DNA of 64,000 nt from Octopus sinensis. Its lineage: Eukaryota. A model generated the notes under the pieces. That model had not been told where the DNA came from, ran no database searches, and saw only the letters and a program-made list of their open reading frames with translations. Both the position numbers and the translations under genes were made by a program. Numbering within the stretch: position 1 is the first letter of the stretch; each line of letters begins with the position of its first letter. Of the stretch, positions 12,101 to 25,629 are shown piece after piece. The stretch covers positions 27,156,001 to 27,220,000 of the forward strand of contig NC_043004.1 of the NCBI RefSeq assembly GCF_006345805.1, read 5' to 3'.

Positions 12101-13885
12101 GTGTGATGGTGTTGGGGGATGGGGGAGGCAAGAGTGGGGAAAGCACAGGTGGGGTGTTGGTTAGGCTGGGGTGGGGTAGAGGTGGGGTGCGAGTTAGGCT
12201 GGGGTAGGGGTAGAGGTGGGGTTTGTGGGTAGGCAGAGAGGTGGGGTATGTGGGAGAGAGTGTAAGGGATGGGAATGATAGGGAAGGTGGGGTAGGAATG
12301 TGTAGGGGTAGGGTGGGCTTATGGGAGAGGGTTGATGATGAAGGGAGAAGGGAAAGGTGGGTATGAGAGAAGAGAGAAAGAGAATAAGAAAGAAGCGAGC
12401 TGAGCGAAAGAGGGTAGGGGGGAAGAGAAGTAGGAGGGAGGGGGACAGAGGCAAGGGGAGGAGATTTGAGCCCATGTAGTGCAAAGGAGTGAAGAGAGAA
12501 GATATTATATATATATATATATATATATATACATTTATTATCTATTGTGTACATTACTGATACACCTCTTGTAATCTATTAAGTTTTTCTACAACAACCA
12601 CAGCAACAGGTGTGTAAGTCATCTAAGAGTCCATCTATATATATATCTCTTAAAAATAAGATGGAGGTTTGGACAATAAAACAACAACAACAACAACAAC
12701 ATTATTTCTTAATTTCTGGATAATCAACACCTGTACCATTAACACCTGTACAAGAGTGCAGTGTTTTCAGGATACCACAAATAGGAAAACCAGTATTATT
12801 GTGTCAGCTGAACAGAACAGTATTGGATTTACATGTTGGTGTTTATAGTAGACACCAGGGAGATGATGACAGGGTTGAGGACAAAAAATTGATATGGCAG
12901 TAATATGCATGGTGGTGTTGGTGTTGGTGTTGGTGGTGGTGATAATGACATGAACAATAAGAATACAAAGATGAGAAAATTAGTGGCAATAGTGATGATG
13001 GTGGACAATGAGATGAAGATAGTGATATGATGGTACTGATGGTGGTGGTGGTGGTAGAGTATGTAGTAGATGGGAAAGGAGAATGTGTAGGAGGGAAAAA
13101 GAAGGGAGGAAGAAGAACAAGAGGCTGACAGTGAGGATGATGCCAATTGTGTCAATGTCAGTGATGGTGATGATGATGCTGAGGGGAGGGTAAGGGAAGG
13201 TGGCATAAACAGCAAATGATGTAAATAAATGTTGGCAGTGAAAGAAAGGAAGTACAAAAGGAGGAGAGGAGGAGAAGGAAAAGAGTGAGGAGGAGAAAAA
13301 AAGGAGGAGGAGGAAGAGGAGAAGAAGAAAGATTAGGGTGAATGAATGAGATGTATTGAGAAAAAAACAAATGAAGGAATTGAAAAAAGGAAAGAGAATG
13401 TAAAAGAAATAAGAGAGGAATAAGGAGAGAAATGTGAAAAGGGAGATGGAGAAAGAGAGAGGGAGAAAGAGAAGGAATTAAAAAAAGCTAATATTGTGGG
13501 GAATGTGTTTAAGATTCTGATTCTATAAGCAAAGAAATCAAGGCAGATAGGATGTGGCAGTCACTTTGTTGAAGAGGAAGGAGAGAAGAACTGTGTGGAG
13601 AGGGGGGTAGATGTGTTAAGTTTTATGTGGCTTTTGTCATTGTTGATGTTTGTGCCTTTGTTGTTGATACTGTTGTTGTTGTTGTTGTTCTATAAATGTC
13701 AGTTCAAATGGAAAAATCAGTTTGATGATAACAGAGAAGAACAATTCCTCTCTTGATTCCTCTTGCATCATTCTGAAAGATCAACAGAAATAGAAAAGCA
13801 GCTCCATTTGGCTCAGTTAAGATTGTTAGTTTGGCGTTTTCTTTTTCTTTTTTTTTTGTTTTGTTTTATTTTGTTCTTCTGGAAG

Positions 13886-14007
13886 GTTCTGTCCACTTGG
13901 CAACATGATGACAATCGTGAAATAAACAAATGGACTATTGCAGAATAAACATGCAGTAGAAGTTTCTGAGGAAGACTCATCAATTCAGATTACATAGAGA
14001 ATGGATG
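13886..14007 (+). other. Possible 5' exon ending in ATG GAT G with GTGAGT donor
   Basis: Long polypyrimidine tract 13838-13880 then AG; ATG at 14001; donor GTGAGT 14008-14013; all frames upstream of the ATG are closed. Confidence 0.25.
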
Positions 14008-14246
14008 GTGAGTGGAGGGAATGTCTTGGCTATATTTTTTAAACTTTTTTTTCATTCCCATTGCAAAAGACAAAAACATCCCTTTTGCTTCTTCTCCTTG
14101 CTTTATTTCTTTGTTATTCTTTTTCTTCTCTTTTATTTTGTCTTCCATCCTTTCTCATAGCACAACTCTCTCTTTCTCTCACTCTCTCTCTGTCTCTCTC
14201 TATATAAATTATATATATATACATATATATATTATTGGTTTCAGCA

Positions 14247-14305
<59 letters not shown>

Positions 14306-14409
14306 TAATAGATAATGCAATAGTTACATATATATTCTGTATATTTTTCTTGGCAATGAAACACATTTCATGTCCTGAAAATAATTATGTAAGTATATGT
14401 GTGTGTGTG

Positions 14410-14444
<35 letters not shown>

Positions 14445-14671
14445 ACATTAATCCAAAAAAATGAAGGAAAAACACAGCAAGAGAAAATAACAATGTGAGG
14501 ATGTGGTACATGCAAAGTATTAAAAGACATTCAAGGAAGGAAAGAAAGGTTGTTTTACATTTCAAGCCAAGCTCTTCTTAAGAAACAGGAGACAGAGGAA
14601 AGTCCAAGAGAAAAGGAAGACAGAAGGAAAAAATCACCAACAATAAACATGTAGTTACATATATATACATA

Positions 14672-16306
14672 CACTGGCGAAATAAATTTAAGACCTATGA
14701 TAAAAGTTCTATTTCTTACAAAATATTTTGTTACTAACACCATACAAATTATTTCTATCTTTTACACATTATGCAGAATTTATTTCTCTTTCAAATGATG
14801 CAGACAATAACTATTTTTATACAACTTGAAGGATTCTAATGCTAAATTAATATAAACATTTCAAATTTACTGGCAAAATTAGTTTAAGACCATGTAATAT
14901 GTATGCAAATTTTTTTTGCCAAAATGGGTGGTCACACAACTAGCCTAACTGCACAATATAGTGTTATAATTTAACGTTATTATACAATTGATTAATAATA
15001 GGAAAACAACGTAGCCTCAGTCCAGTCACGAGAGCAAAAATCATATTACTTCACCAGCAAAAAGTTTTCTTTTTGAACATCAGCAAGCAACTAAAGTGCA
15101 GTAAAATGGCTTACGTGTAAGTGTGGAAGTTATACTCAGAGACTGGTCAATATAAAGATTGGCAAAGGACTGGCGCCCCAAGAAAAACGACAGTGTAGTT
15201 GGACCGTTGAATCCATCGACTTTTGGAAGGCAACTGAATGCTGACAGCTGTTGACATTTGTAAACAATTGTCCAATGAGAATGGTGTTATTTTTACACCA
15301 CAAACCGTCTGCAACCTTTTGAGAGAATTTGGGCTACATGGACGAATTGCTAGGAAAAAGCCAATAATATCTGAAAGAAATCAACTCAAATGCCTTAATT
15401 TCGCAAAAAGCCATGCTCAATGGACTGCCAAAGATTGGTGCAGGGTCTATTGGAGTGACGAGTCATGCTTCTGTATATTTGAATCAGATGGTAAAACATA
15501 TGTCAGATGTCACCCAACCGAGGAATTTCATCTGAAATGCATGAAAAAGACAGCGCAAGCAGTGGGTGGGGTGTGATGGTGTGGGTGGCATTTAGTAGCT
15601 TTGGTGTTGGCCATCTGTTTAAAGTTGATGGAAAGATAAATAATGTAGGTTACATGAATGTACTAAAGGATAATGTTGTGCCATATTTGACTCACCAAAT
15701 GCCTCCAGGAGCTATTTATCCACAGGACAATAGTCCTGTGCACAGAGCCAAAAAGGTCATGGAATTTTTTGATCACCATAATACTAACATAATCGAATGG
15801 CCTCTCCAGAGCCCAGACTTGAATCCGATTGAGAACTTGTGGAATTATGTTTCCAAAAAAGTTCATGCTAAAGAACGATCTAATCTAAAACAATTATTCG
15901 ATTATGTCAATGAAATATGGCAAAACATTTCCATAGAATTTTGTAATCACTTAGGAAATTCAATGCCGAGGCATTGTTCAGCCATTATTAAGAATAAAGG
16001 CTACAGCACAAAGTACTAATATGTATTTCATTCTTGTTGCTAATTTTTGCTACAATCTTAAGCTTTAAATAAAATTATAATGATACAGTCTTAAACTAAT
16101 TTTGCCGGTAAATTTGAAACATTTATATTAATTTAGCATTAATATTCTTCAAGTTGTATAAAAATAGCTATTGTCTGCATCATTCAAAAGAGAAATAAAT
16201 TCTGCATTAGGTATAAAAGATAAAAATAATTTGTATGGTGTTAGTAACAAAATATTTTGTATGATATAGAACTTTTATCATCAGTCTTAAATTATTTTTG
16301 CCAGTG
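14672..16306 (+). mobile_element. Full-length Tc1-family transposon (DD34E) with ~220-bp IR/DR termini and frameshifted transposase
   Basis: TA TSDs 14670-14671 and 16307-16308; TIR CACTGGCGAAAT.. / ..ATTTTTGCCAGTG. Inner direct repeat 14869-14890 matches outer 14673-14694. WSDES, QDNSPVH and SPDLNPIEN motifs with 34 residues between D and E. Confidence 0.95.
14998..16019 (+). pseudogene. Tc1 transposase pseudogene
   Basis: ORFs 15238-15576 and 15507-16019 overlap in different frames; probable start codon decayed to ATA at 14998. Confidence 0.9.
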
Positions 16307-16322
16307 TATATAATATATATAT

Positions 16323-16365
<43 letters not shown>

Positions 16366-16366
16366 T

Positions 16367-16421
<55 letters not shown>

Positions 16422-16517
16422 CATATATATATGTATGTATATATATATATATATATTACGGATATGTACTTGCATAGCAAGTGACCTGATTTGAGATCGT
16501 GTGTGCTGGAATGAAAA

Positions 16518-16813
16518 CAATTGCTGTGTGGAAGGGTTTATAAGCCATTTAAGAAACATACACAAAAAATTAGATTGACTTCAACATTTATATTTAATTT
16601 GCCAAAATATTTTCGTCGCTTTCAGACTGAGATCTGTTCACTGACAAAATTCCATGCTGCATCTGAGAATGCAGAATGGAATTTTGTCAGTGAACAGGTC
16701 ATGGTCTGAAAGCGCCAAAAATATTTTGGCAAATTGAATTTAAATGTTGAAGTGAATCTAATTTTTTTTTGTGTTTCTTAAATGGCTTACAAACACCGTC
16801 CACACTGCAATTG
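16518..16813. repeat. Near-perfect palindromic element (~145-bp arms, 6-nt loop) embedded in (TA)n
   Basis: caattgctgtgtgg... / ...ccacactgcaattg; centre ctgcat-ctgaga-atgcag (16657-16674); unpaired ~60-bp tail 16458-16517. Confidence 0.9.
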
Positions 16814-16819
16814 TATATA

Positions 16820-16865
<46 letters not shown>

Positions 16866-17864
16866 ATATAGAGAAATTAGAGAAAAACCTCTATTATATA
16901 ATTCAAACAATGATAGATGTAAATCATACCATATAGAAAAAATAAAATATATGATAAAACATTTACCTAGATCACAATAAAATACATAATAATAAATAAA
17001 CAAACAGTATATAATTAGATATCTTCAATTTGAATTACAATTAAATTTAAATTTAATCGATCCAAAAACAATTAAATTTAAAAATATAGTCATTCCTCAT
17101 GTCAACAATAATAACAATAATAGTTTTAAAAATTCATATTTTTAATAAATAATCAAATAGAATAAAACAATATTTCTTAAAGAAATAAAAACATAATTCT
17201 TCTTATAGAAGAAATTCCATTAGCTAAATTTTAAACTTAATAAGTAAGACCAAGTGTTTATAATACATTTATCACATTAAAAACCTAATGTAAAAAAAAT
17301 AGAGTAAATAGGCAGAAATATGTATTTTATCTGTGAAGATATATTTTAGCTTTGAGAATAATCTAAACAAACTATAGTATATTTTTACTGGAAAAATATA
17401 AGAGACCAATTAATTAAAATAAAAATACTTAAAATACATCATATACTTAAGTTAAGCTAAATTACTATAATTTAATCTATATTAATTAATTAATTAAATT
17501 ATATACATATTTATTAATTAAATAAACATCTAATTTGATCCAATTCTAACTATGTACTAAACCCTATACAAACATATGTAGATTTATAATATATCTTATA
17601 TCAATAACACTGCAGCCACAACCCTGCAATAGTATTTTGTATATATTTCAAAAATATACTCACAAATAATTTAAACTTATTATATAAGTAAATTAATTTA
17701 TGTCAATAACTAATATTTCACTCATTGATAGAATAAACAAAGTACTTATTATTATTATTCAATAGTATATAAAGAAAAAACAACAACTTTTCATTACCTA
17801 TAATATATTTTATGTTACAAACTATTTCTAAATTGAATTTTTCCCTGTAAGTTTGGATTTATAC

Positions 17865-17899
<35 letters not shown>

Positions 17900-17909
17900 G
17901 TTATATATA

Positions 17910-17998
<89 letters not shown>

Positions 17999-18719
17999 TT
18001 ATATAGATATGTATGCATGTATGTATGCATGTATATATATATATCTGTGTGTGTGCATTGACAGAGCCATGGAAGTTTAACTTCCCCAACCATGTAGTTT
18101 TGGTTTCAGTCTCACAGCATAGCTCCTTGTGCAGGTGTCTTTTGTTACAGTTGGAGACCAACAAAAGTCTTGTCAGTTGATTTAGTTATCAGAAATTGAA
18201 AAACTCTTGTTGTAGCCCTGTGACTCACTAGAACCTGTTGAACCATCCAGCTTGTGGAAAATGGACACTAAATTATGACAACAACAACAACAGTTACAAT
18301 GGTGATGATGCTGATGATGATATATATAACCATCTCTGTATTATTTTCAATGGGGATGAATCATTGAAAAGGCAATTTACTTCAGTATTCATCCAGAGAT
18401 AACATCTCTTGGGTGTGCTGTGATTAAAAGCACAAGATATATGGGAGAAAGATGAAAACCATCCCAGTAGTGGCTAGTGAGAATGCTAGATGCATTTTGG
18501 TCTTGTTGAACCTTATTAATGACACCAGGAAGGATTGAATGAACTGGTTAAGGTGAGGCTGAAAATACTGAAGAGTTTACATAGAATATGAGTGATGAAA
18601 AGAGGGCAGATGAGTGAGCCAGGTGTGTCTACATGGTGGTGACAAGTAGTGAGGAGTAGAAACTTATGAAATAGTGGTAAAAAAGTTAGGGAGTAAAGAC
18701 AGCACATCTGAGAAAATGG

Positions 18720-19290
18720 AGCTGGTTGGTAAGTGACTTTATGTCAACATCTCCTTAAGGACCAAGAGTCGTCTTTTCTGCACACTGGTTCTACCTGTCC
18801 TCTCCTACAGCGCTGAGACCTGGATCATCTTCAAACAAGACCTGAACAAACTTGAGGTGTTACAAGTGTGGTGTCTTCAGATCTTTGGTATCTCCCTACA
18901 CTGCTGAATCTCAAATAACAACATCTGAGAACAATGCAAGCGCAACTGGCCATTGAAGACCAAGTCCAGCAGTGCAGGCTACAGTGGTTTGATCACATCT
19001 GTAAGATGACCACTGGAAGACTATCACACCGACTTTTTGTGGTGGCAGCGATGCACACACGGGAGAATCCAGTGCAGTGCACGAAAGAAAACATATATGA
19101 AACAAATTAAGGAAAATCTGAAGTTGCAGCACCTTGACCTCATGCATGCTAAGTTCAGTACCATGGATCAGAAGCATGGAATAATATGTCATCACCAGAG
19201 TTCATCACCAAGTGCCACACATAGCAGCATATTTGTTGAGAGGACGGCTTCCTTCTACATTCACCAGCTAGGGATCAATCAAACGGATGG
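18720..19290 (+). mobile_element. RTE-clade LINE 3' fragment
   Basis: Translates LSLRTKSRLFCTLVLPVLSYSAETW...QCRLQWFDHICKMTTGRLSHRLLWW, the RTE post-RT C-terminal pattern. Confidence 0.8.
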
Positions 19291-19579
19291 GTGACCGTTT
19301 TATGTAGTATAATGTGTTTGTGTGTGTAGCAGCAGCAGATATTCTATACTACATTCTTAAATGTGGACAATAATATATTATTATTTGATACAGTGCTCAT
19401 TCCTCTGCTACCGCAAAACAAGGAAACACTCCTACCTATACATGTTTTGTGCCATATATGATGGCAAGACTTTCAATTCAAAATAGAAACTACTCGTATT
19501 CTAGAAGCTGCTGTTGAAGTCACTCCACCTCAAGAATGGTATCCAAACTTTTAAGTATTGAGTGTAAAAATATCTGGTC

Positions 19580-19636
<57 letters not shown>

Positions 19637-20510
19637 TCTCTCTCTCTCTCCCTCTCTCTCTCTCTCCTCAACTTTGCTGTGAACTGTAAATTAGCATACT
19701 GGTTTTCTATTTTCAGGCCCAACTGGCTGATGAGTCTATTGTTCGTGGATGTGTGCTTATGAAAAAAAGGCAGTGATTAGTTTTATTTTGGCTCTATATT
19801 TATAAAGATACTTGAGAAACTCTGCAGTTTCAAAATTATTATTATCATTATTATTGTTTTTGCTGTTATTTAAAAGAAATAAAAAAAATCTTCATTATAT
19901 AACTAAAATCAAAATTTAATGAGGTTGAATTTCAAATGAATTATTATCGATTCTTATTCAAATTTTGACAGATTGTCTCTTGTGGTTCCACAATAACAAC
20001 AACAAAGAATCTAAAAAAACAAACAGTTTTTATAACTTGCATTTATTTTCTCTCCATTTTGCTTGAACGGGTGAAGTGTTTCTTGAATGGAAGACAATGC
20101 TTCTTCAGCTTTACCATTCTTAGTTTTGTTTTACAAAATAATAAGATGCCATCAGATAACTTGAAAGAACCAGTGAAGGAGGTTCCAAGTAGTCACTCAA
20201 ATCTTATCCTTATACCAGTCACAGACGTCTTTAATTTCAAATAAGGACCGTATCTTTCAAGAATAAATTTAGGAGAGCTGGCTTCACAAGTACTACAAAA
20301 GAATATAGCCAGGATGAATAATTCTCCATTTAGTGTATCTAAGGCACGTCTATTAAGGAAGAAATGATGACCAAAATTACCAACTAGCACAAGAACAGTA
20401 GCATCAGTACCAGCAGCAGCAGTAGTAGTAATAGTACTAGTACTAGTAGTAGGATGGGTCATGGTAGTAGTGGCAGTCGTAGAGGTGGTGTTTGTGGATA
20501 TTGTAGCAAC

Positions 20511-20568
<58 letters not shown>

Positions 20569-22958
20569 TAGATAGTTGGATGTGGAGGTGATAGTGTTGA
20601 ATGTAGTACTGGTGATAGTGGTAGTGGGGATGCTGGTTGTCATGGTGGTATTGATATTAGTAATAGTGGTTGAGGTGGTTGTGGTGTTGGTAGTCATTGT
20701 GGAAGTAGTAGTAGTTGAAATAGTAATAGTAAGTTCCATAGAAAGATGGGAATTAGAGCAGGTTAGAAGCTGTTGTCAGGGTTCTAGACAAAAGATGATT
20801 AAGCCAAAGGAACAAGTTTTTGTGTATAAACATCTTTTATAGAGATCTCTGTTACTTGACCAGTTGGCTTTGAACACAACATCTATTCATAGCTACTCAG
20901 TCTTTATTTGAAAAAATGCTGACCTTAATGGACGAGTTCCCTTGCATGCTGCTTATTAGATTTTAATCACCCTACAGAGGGAGATTTTATCTACTTATTG
21001 CATGGAAAATCTCATGCAGTTTTTATCAGTTCAATTTTTTACATATGTGTGATCTAATTGTGTGTGAGATTATAAGAGATCATTGTATTTCGCATGAACA
21101 TCTACATGCAATCACACACAGAAACAAATAAGCACACACACATACACACAGAGACACATGCATATAAACACACACAACCCTTCTAATATATATATTTGTA
21201 TTTATGGGAGCAGGGACAGCTGCTTTTAGACATTTTGTGCAAAAACCATCACTTGTATTCTAGTTTTATATGTTCTATGAAGTTTTGTTTTGATATTCTG
21301 GTGTAAATTCATTGCTACTAGTCTAAAACAGTGAAGATTCTAACTCCATCACCAATGTCTTTACTCTTCCCTGATCTCATCTTCTGGATGAAGTGGGATT
21401 GGTGAGTGTTGCTGCCTCTCTATAGTTGACATAACCAATATAATAGATCAAACCACAACTACCAAAGTCTGAATTTTTCACCATTTTATACAAGTCTAAA
21501 TGAGATATAAATTATATGTCCTCATTCAGATGTTTATTTTTGTATACTTGTATACTACATGTCGTATGTGGTCTGTGTATTTAGTTTAATATTATTCTGT
21601 GTACTGAGTAATGCTTCTATCTTTAACTATCTGTAAACTACAAATTCATTGAGGCATATTTTTTACAGATGAATATTCTTCCTTTCCTGAATTTTCATCA
21701 GTTTCCAGGAAAGATCATTTTTTCCTTCTAGTTGCACCATATTTCCATGAAAGATTCAAACTATATGACACTCCTTGTATGGCAGAGACACTCATTTGCA
21801 TCTGTCGTGTAATGTCAAGACAAAGATACACATACATACACAATATACATGCATAAATATATGTGTATAACATACATACATACTCACATATATATGTATA
21901 GATATATTCATAATGGAACAGTAAACTATATATATATATATATATATACACACATAAACAATTTACAGTTCCATTAAAGTAAGGTCAACAAAAAAGTATT
22001 CCATTCAATGAGAGATGAATATTATTTAATCTACACTGTATTTAAGATAAGAGCTATTAACACTGTAAACTGCAAACATCTTATCTGCTGATATGTTCCT
22101 TACTAGTTTTATCTTGTGTTGTGAGGTACCTTTCTATATATGCTAACCCTTGCTGTAGCAACTTATCCAGCCCATGCTAGCATGAAGTGGAAACAAAAAT
22201 AATGATGATGGTTTTGTGATCTCACATTTCTGCTAAGATTTATCTTCTGTACATTTTACATCTATTGGTCTTCCACTAATTCTAATATTCCCTACTGTCT
22301 CTCCATGACTCTTCTTTGCTAGAACTCATCAGCCATTCTTTTTATATTTTAATAGCACTACAGATCCCTCTTCTGCATAGACATACTGATACCTTTAAGA
22401 TCCAAGTAGCCTTTCATCTCACCTGCATATTAGATGCAGGAGAATGTGAAGAACATGACGTATCCAAATCCAACCAAATTATGTTAACTCATTTCACTCC
22501 AGCTCTTACACATCTTCCATATTCAAACTCCATTTCTCACAGCCACCTGAGTCTGACATATCTCACACATATTCTTTACAGTCTAAATTTTGCTAGGAGA
22601 AAGAAATTTTTTGAAACACAGTAACAGCTCTGTGAAATTCTTCTAGTTTTGTTTCTTACTTTAGAAACTATACAGTCAACTTAACCACAGGTATGGTTGT
22701 GTGGTTTAGAAGTTTGTTTCACAAATATATGCTTTCAGGTTCAGTCCCACTACATGGTACCTTGGGCAAGTGTCTTCTGCTATAGCTCTAAGCCAAGAGG
22801 TTGTGAATCCAACCAATTAAGGGATAATATCTATCCAATATACTGCTGGTAGAATACCCAATTATTAATACACAAGTGTGTTTTATTGCATTGCAATTAC
22901 ATTACCTAGTGTACTAAATGGGTGAAGGTAAAGAGATATTTTACCATTAATTTATAGA

Positions 22959-23260
22959 GCAATAAGAAAATGGAGGGGAACAATAGGTGGTTCAGCAACT
23001 TTTAGATATTATATTATGTTAACTTATTTATTTATTTACTAAACTGACAATTACAAGAATATACATAGATGTATAACATATTATGCTTTACATATAAGAT
23101 ATAAAATATATTAATATATAAAGATACCAGTAATTATTGCCATATAACATACATGAATATTCTTGTAATTGTCAGTTTAGTAAATAGATAAATAAGTTAA
23201 CATAATATAATGTCTAAAAGTTGATGAATCACCTATTGATCTCCTCCATTTTCTTATTGC
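22959..23260. repeat. Inverted repeat, ~104-bp arms with ~94-bp spacer
   Basis: 22959-23062 versus 23157-23260. Confidence 0.9.
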
Positions 23261-23309
23261 CTTCTCTCTCTCTCTTTCTCTCTCTCTTCCTCTCTCTCTC
23301 TCTATATAT

Positions 23310-23340
<31 letters not shown>

Positions 23341-23441
23341 CACAAACATACATACATACACACACATATATACATAAATACATATATCATCATCATCATC
23401 ATCATATATATCATTTAATGTACATGATATTTAAAATTGGT

Positions 23442-23571
23442 GCTACTAATAGTTTCTTGCCATAGAAGCACCGTAATTAGGCTGATTTATATAATGTGCC
23501 TTGGAGACACAAGGCACATTCTATAAATCTGCCTAATTACAGTGTCTCTATGGTAAGAAACTATTAATAGC
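23442..23571. repeat. Hairpin, ~62-bp arms, 6-nt loop
   Basis: ..aatgtgccttg-gagaca-caaggcacatt..; right end overlaps the start of the large IR right arm. Confidence 0.9.
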
Positions 23572-23663
23572 TATTATCTTAAATACCATGTAGATTAAAT
23601 TATATTCATCTCTCATTGAATGGAATACATTTTTGTTGATCTTGCTTTAACGGAACTGTAAAT

Positions 23664-23706
<43 letters not shown>

Positions 23707-24130
23707 TTATATATATATAGTTTATTGTTCCATTATAAATAAATCCATACATGGTGCCCCAGCATGGCCGCAGCCTTCGGGCTAAAACATTTTTAAGGAT
23801 TTAAAGATATATATGTGTGTGTCTGTATGTATGTTATACACATATATTTATGCATGTATATTGTGTATGTGTATCTTTGTCTTGACATTACACGACAGAT
23901 GCAAATGAGTGTTTCTGCCATTCAAGGAGTGTCATATAGTTTGAATCTTTCATGGAAATATGGTCCAACTAGAAGGAAGAAATAATCTTTCCTGGAAACC
24001 GATGAAAATTCAGGAAAGGAAGAATATTCAACTGTAAAAATTATGTCTTAATGAATTTTGTCCATGCATGTATGGGAAGGAATACATTAAAGCAATGACA
24101 ACAATGGTGATGGTGATGGTATCCACAATG

Positions 24131-24279
24131 TCAAAGAAGGAGAAGAAGCAAAAGAAGAAGAAGAAGAGGAAGAAGAAGCAAAAGAAGAAGAAGAAGAAGA
24201 AGAAGAAGAAGAAGAAGAAGAAGAAGAAGAAGAAAGAAGAAGAAGAAAAGAAGAAGAAGAAGAAGAAGAAGAAGAAGAA

Positions 24280-24310
<31 letters not shown>
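24131..24310. repeat. (GAA)n-rich microsatellite
   Basis: Direct inspection. Confidence 0.95.
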
Positions 24311-25629
24311 CTCTAACTACCACTGCATTCACCTCCATGATTAAATGGATCCCCCATTAGTTTTCTGCAAGCCATTTAAACAGTTCATGGACTTAATTTC
24401 ATAGAAGCTTCTATCGCTAACTACCCTTGTGAAACTATGAACAATCTCATTGCACCTGTTGTGTACCAATTCCTTCCACTGAGCACAGACTGTTACATTC
24501 TTACAATTCCATGTCAAGCAGAATTACTTCCAGCAGTTCTATTTCTTTATGAATTCATACCTTGTTTTTACCATACTTATCTTCAGGTGTGTCAACTGCA
24601 GCTTGCTCTTGTAACTTCAATATTGTGAATAAGAATGGTCAGTCTATAAAAATTTCCAAGAACATTGATTTATTTGTTTACCCCCAAAACCAAAGTAGCA
24701 ATAGTAAAGTTGACCCCTGTAGAAATTTTATTCTCAAAACTAGAAAAAAAAAACCAAAAAAACATCATAAATCCAAAAGAAAGCAACAACATAGAAGAAT
24801 TGATAAAGCCGTGTAGTTTGTCGTTTGAATAAGAGCAAGTTGACAAGCCTCTGTCACTATCATCAATTAATCATCTGTTGCTGCAGGCAAGAAATATCTT
24901 TTGCTGTCAGTTAATGGAAAATGATCTGAAAATCTTTCTAAATCTCTTGGACATTGATGGAGGGAGATAGAAATGAAAAAAAAACAGTATATATTTAGAA
25001 AATGTTTCAAGCTCACACAGATATATGAGCAACACTCATACACACATGCATGCACATACATACATACACCCATACATGCACACTCGCACACTTACATAGA
25101 TTCATGCACATTCAGATATATACATTCACAAATGCATATTTTCACATGCACACATTCTTGCATGTAGGCACATGCATTCATGTATATATATACACATACA
25201 TGCACATATGCGTTCACATACATACATGCTCACAAACAGGCACACATATAAAGAGAGCTGAAATAGAGTCACATATCAAATATATATATTTATACACTTT
25301 TAATTCCTCTATTTTCCTATTTTTACTGTTTTTTCCTGTTTTATTTAGTGTTATTGTTTTTATGGATGTTGTTGTTGGTTTACTTCTCTATTGTATAATT
25401 GGTGATTTTGTAAGTTTTTGCTGTCAGTCAACTTTACACTCTCTTTTTTTGTATTAGTACCATTATCTTCTTCTTCTTCTTCTTCTTCTTCTTCTTCTTC
25501 TTCTTCTTCTTCTTCTTCTTCTTCTTCTTCTTCTTCTTCTTCGTCGTCGTCGTCGTCGTCTTCTTCTTCTTCCTCCTAATCCTCCTCCTTCTCCACCATC
25601 ACCACCACCACCATCATTATTATATTTAA

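Larger units (their letters stand above)
21642..24058. repeat. Large inverted duplication (arms 21642-22060 and 23564-24058) enclosing two further hairpins
   Basis: Arms are reverse complements including internal microsatellites; right arm carries an extra SINE-tail insertion 23751-23806. Confidence 0.9.

Noticed and set aside
16617-16712. Hammerhead-like CAGTGA..stem..GAAAG in both arms of the palindrome
   Set aside because: Core lacks CUGANGA and stem III/NUH cannot be built convincingly
20041-20370. Coding exon on either strand
   Set aside because: Every frame has internal stops or lacks matching splice sites; no recognisable motif
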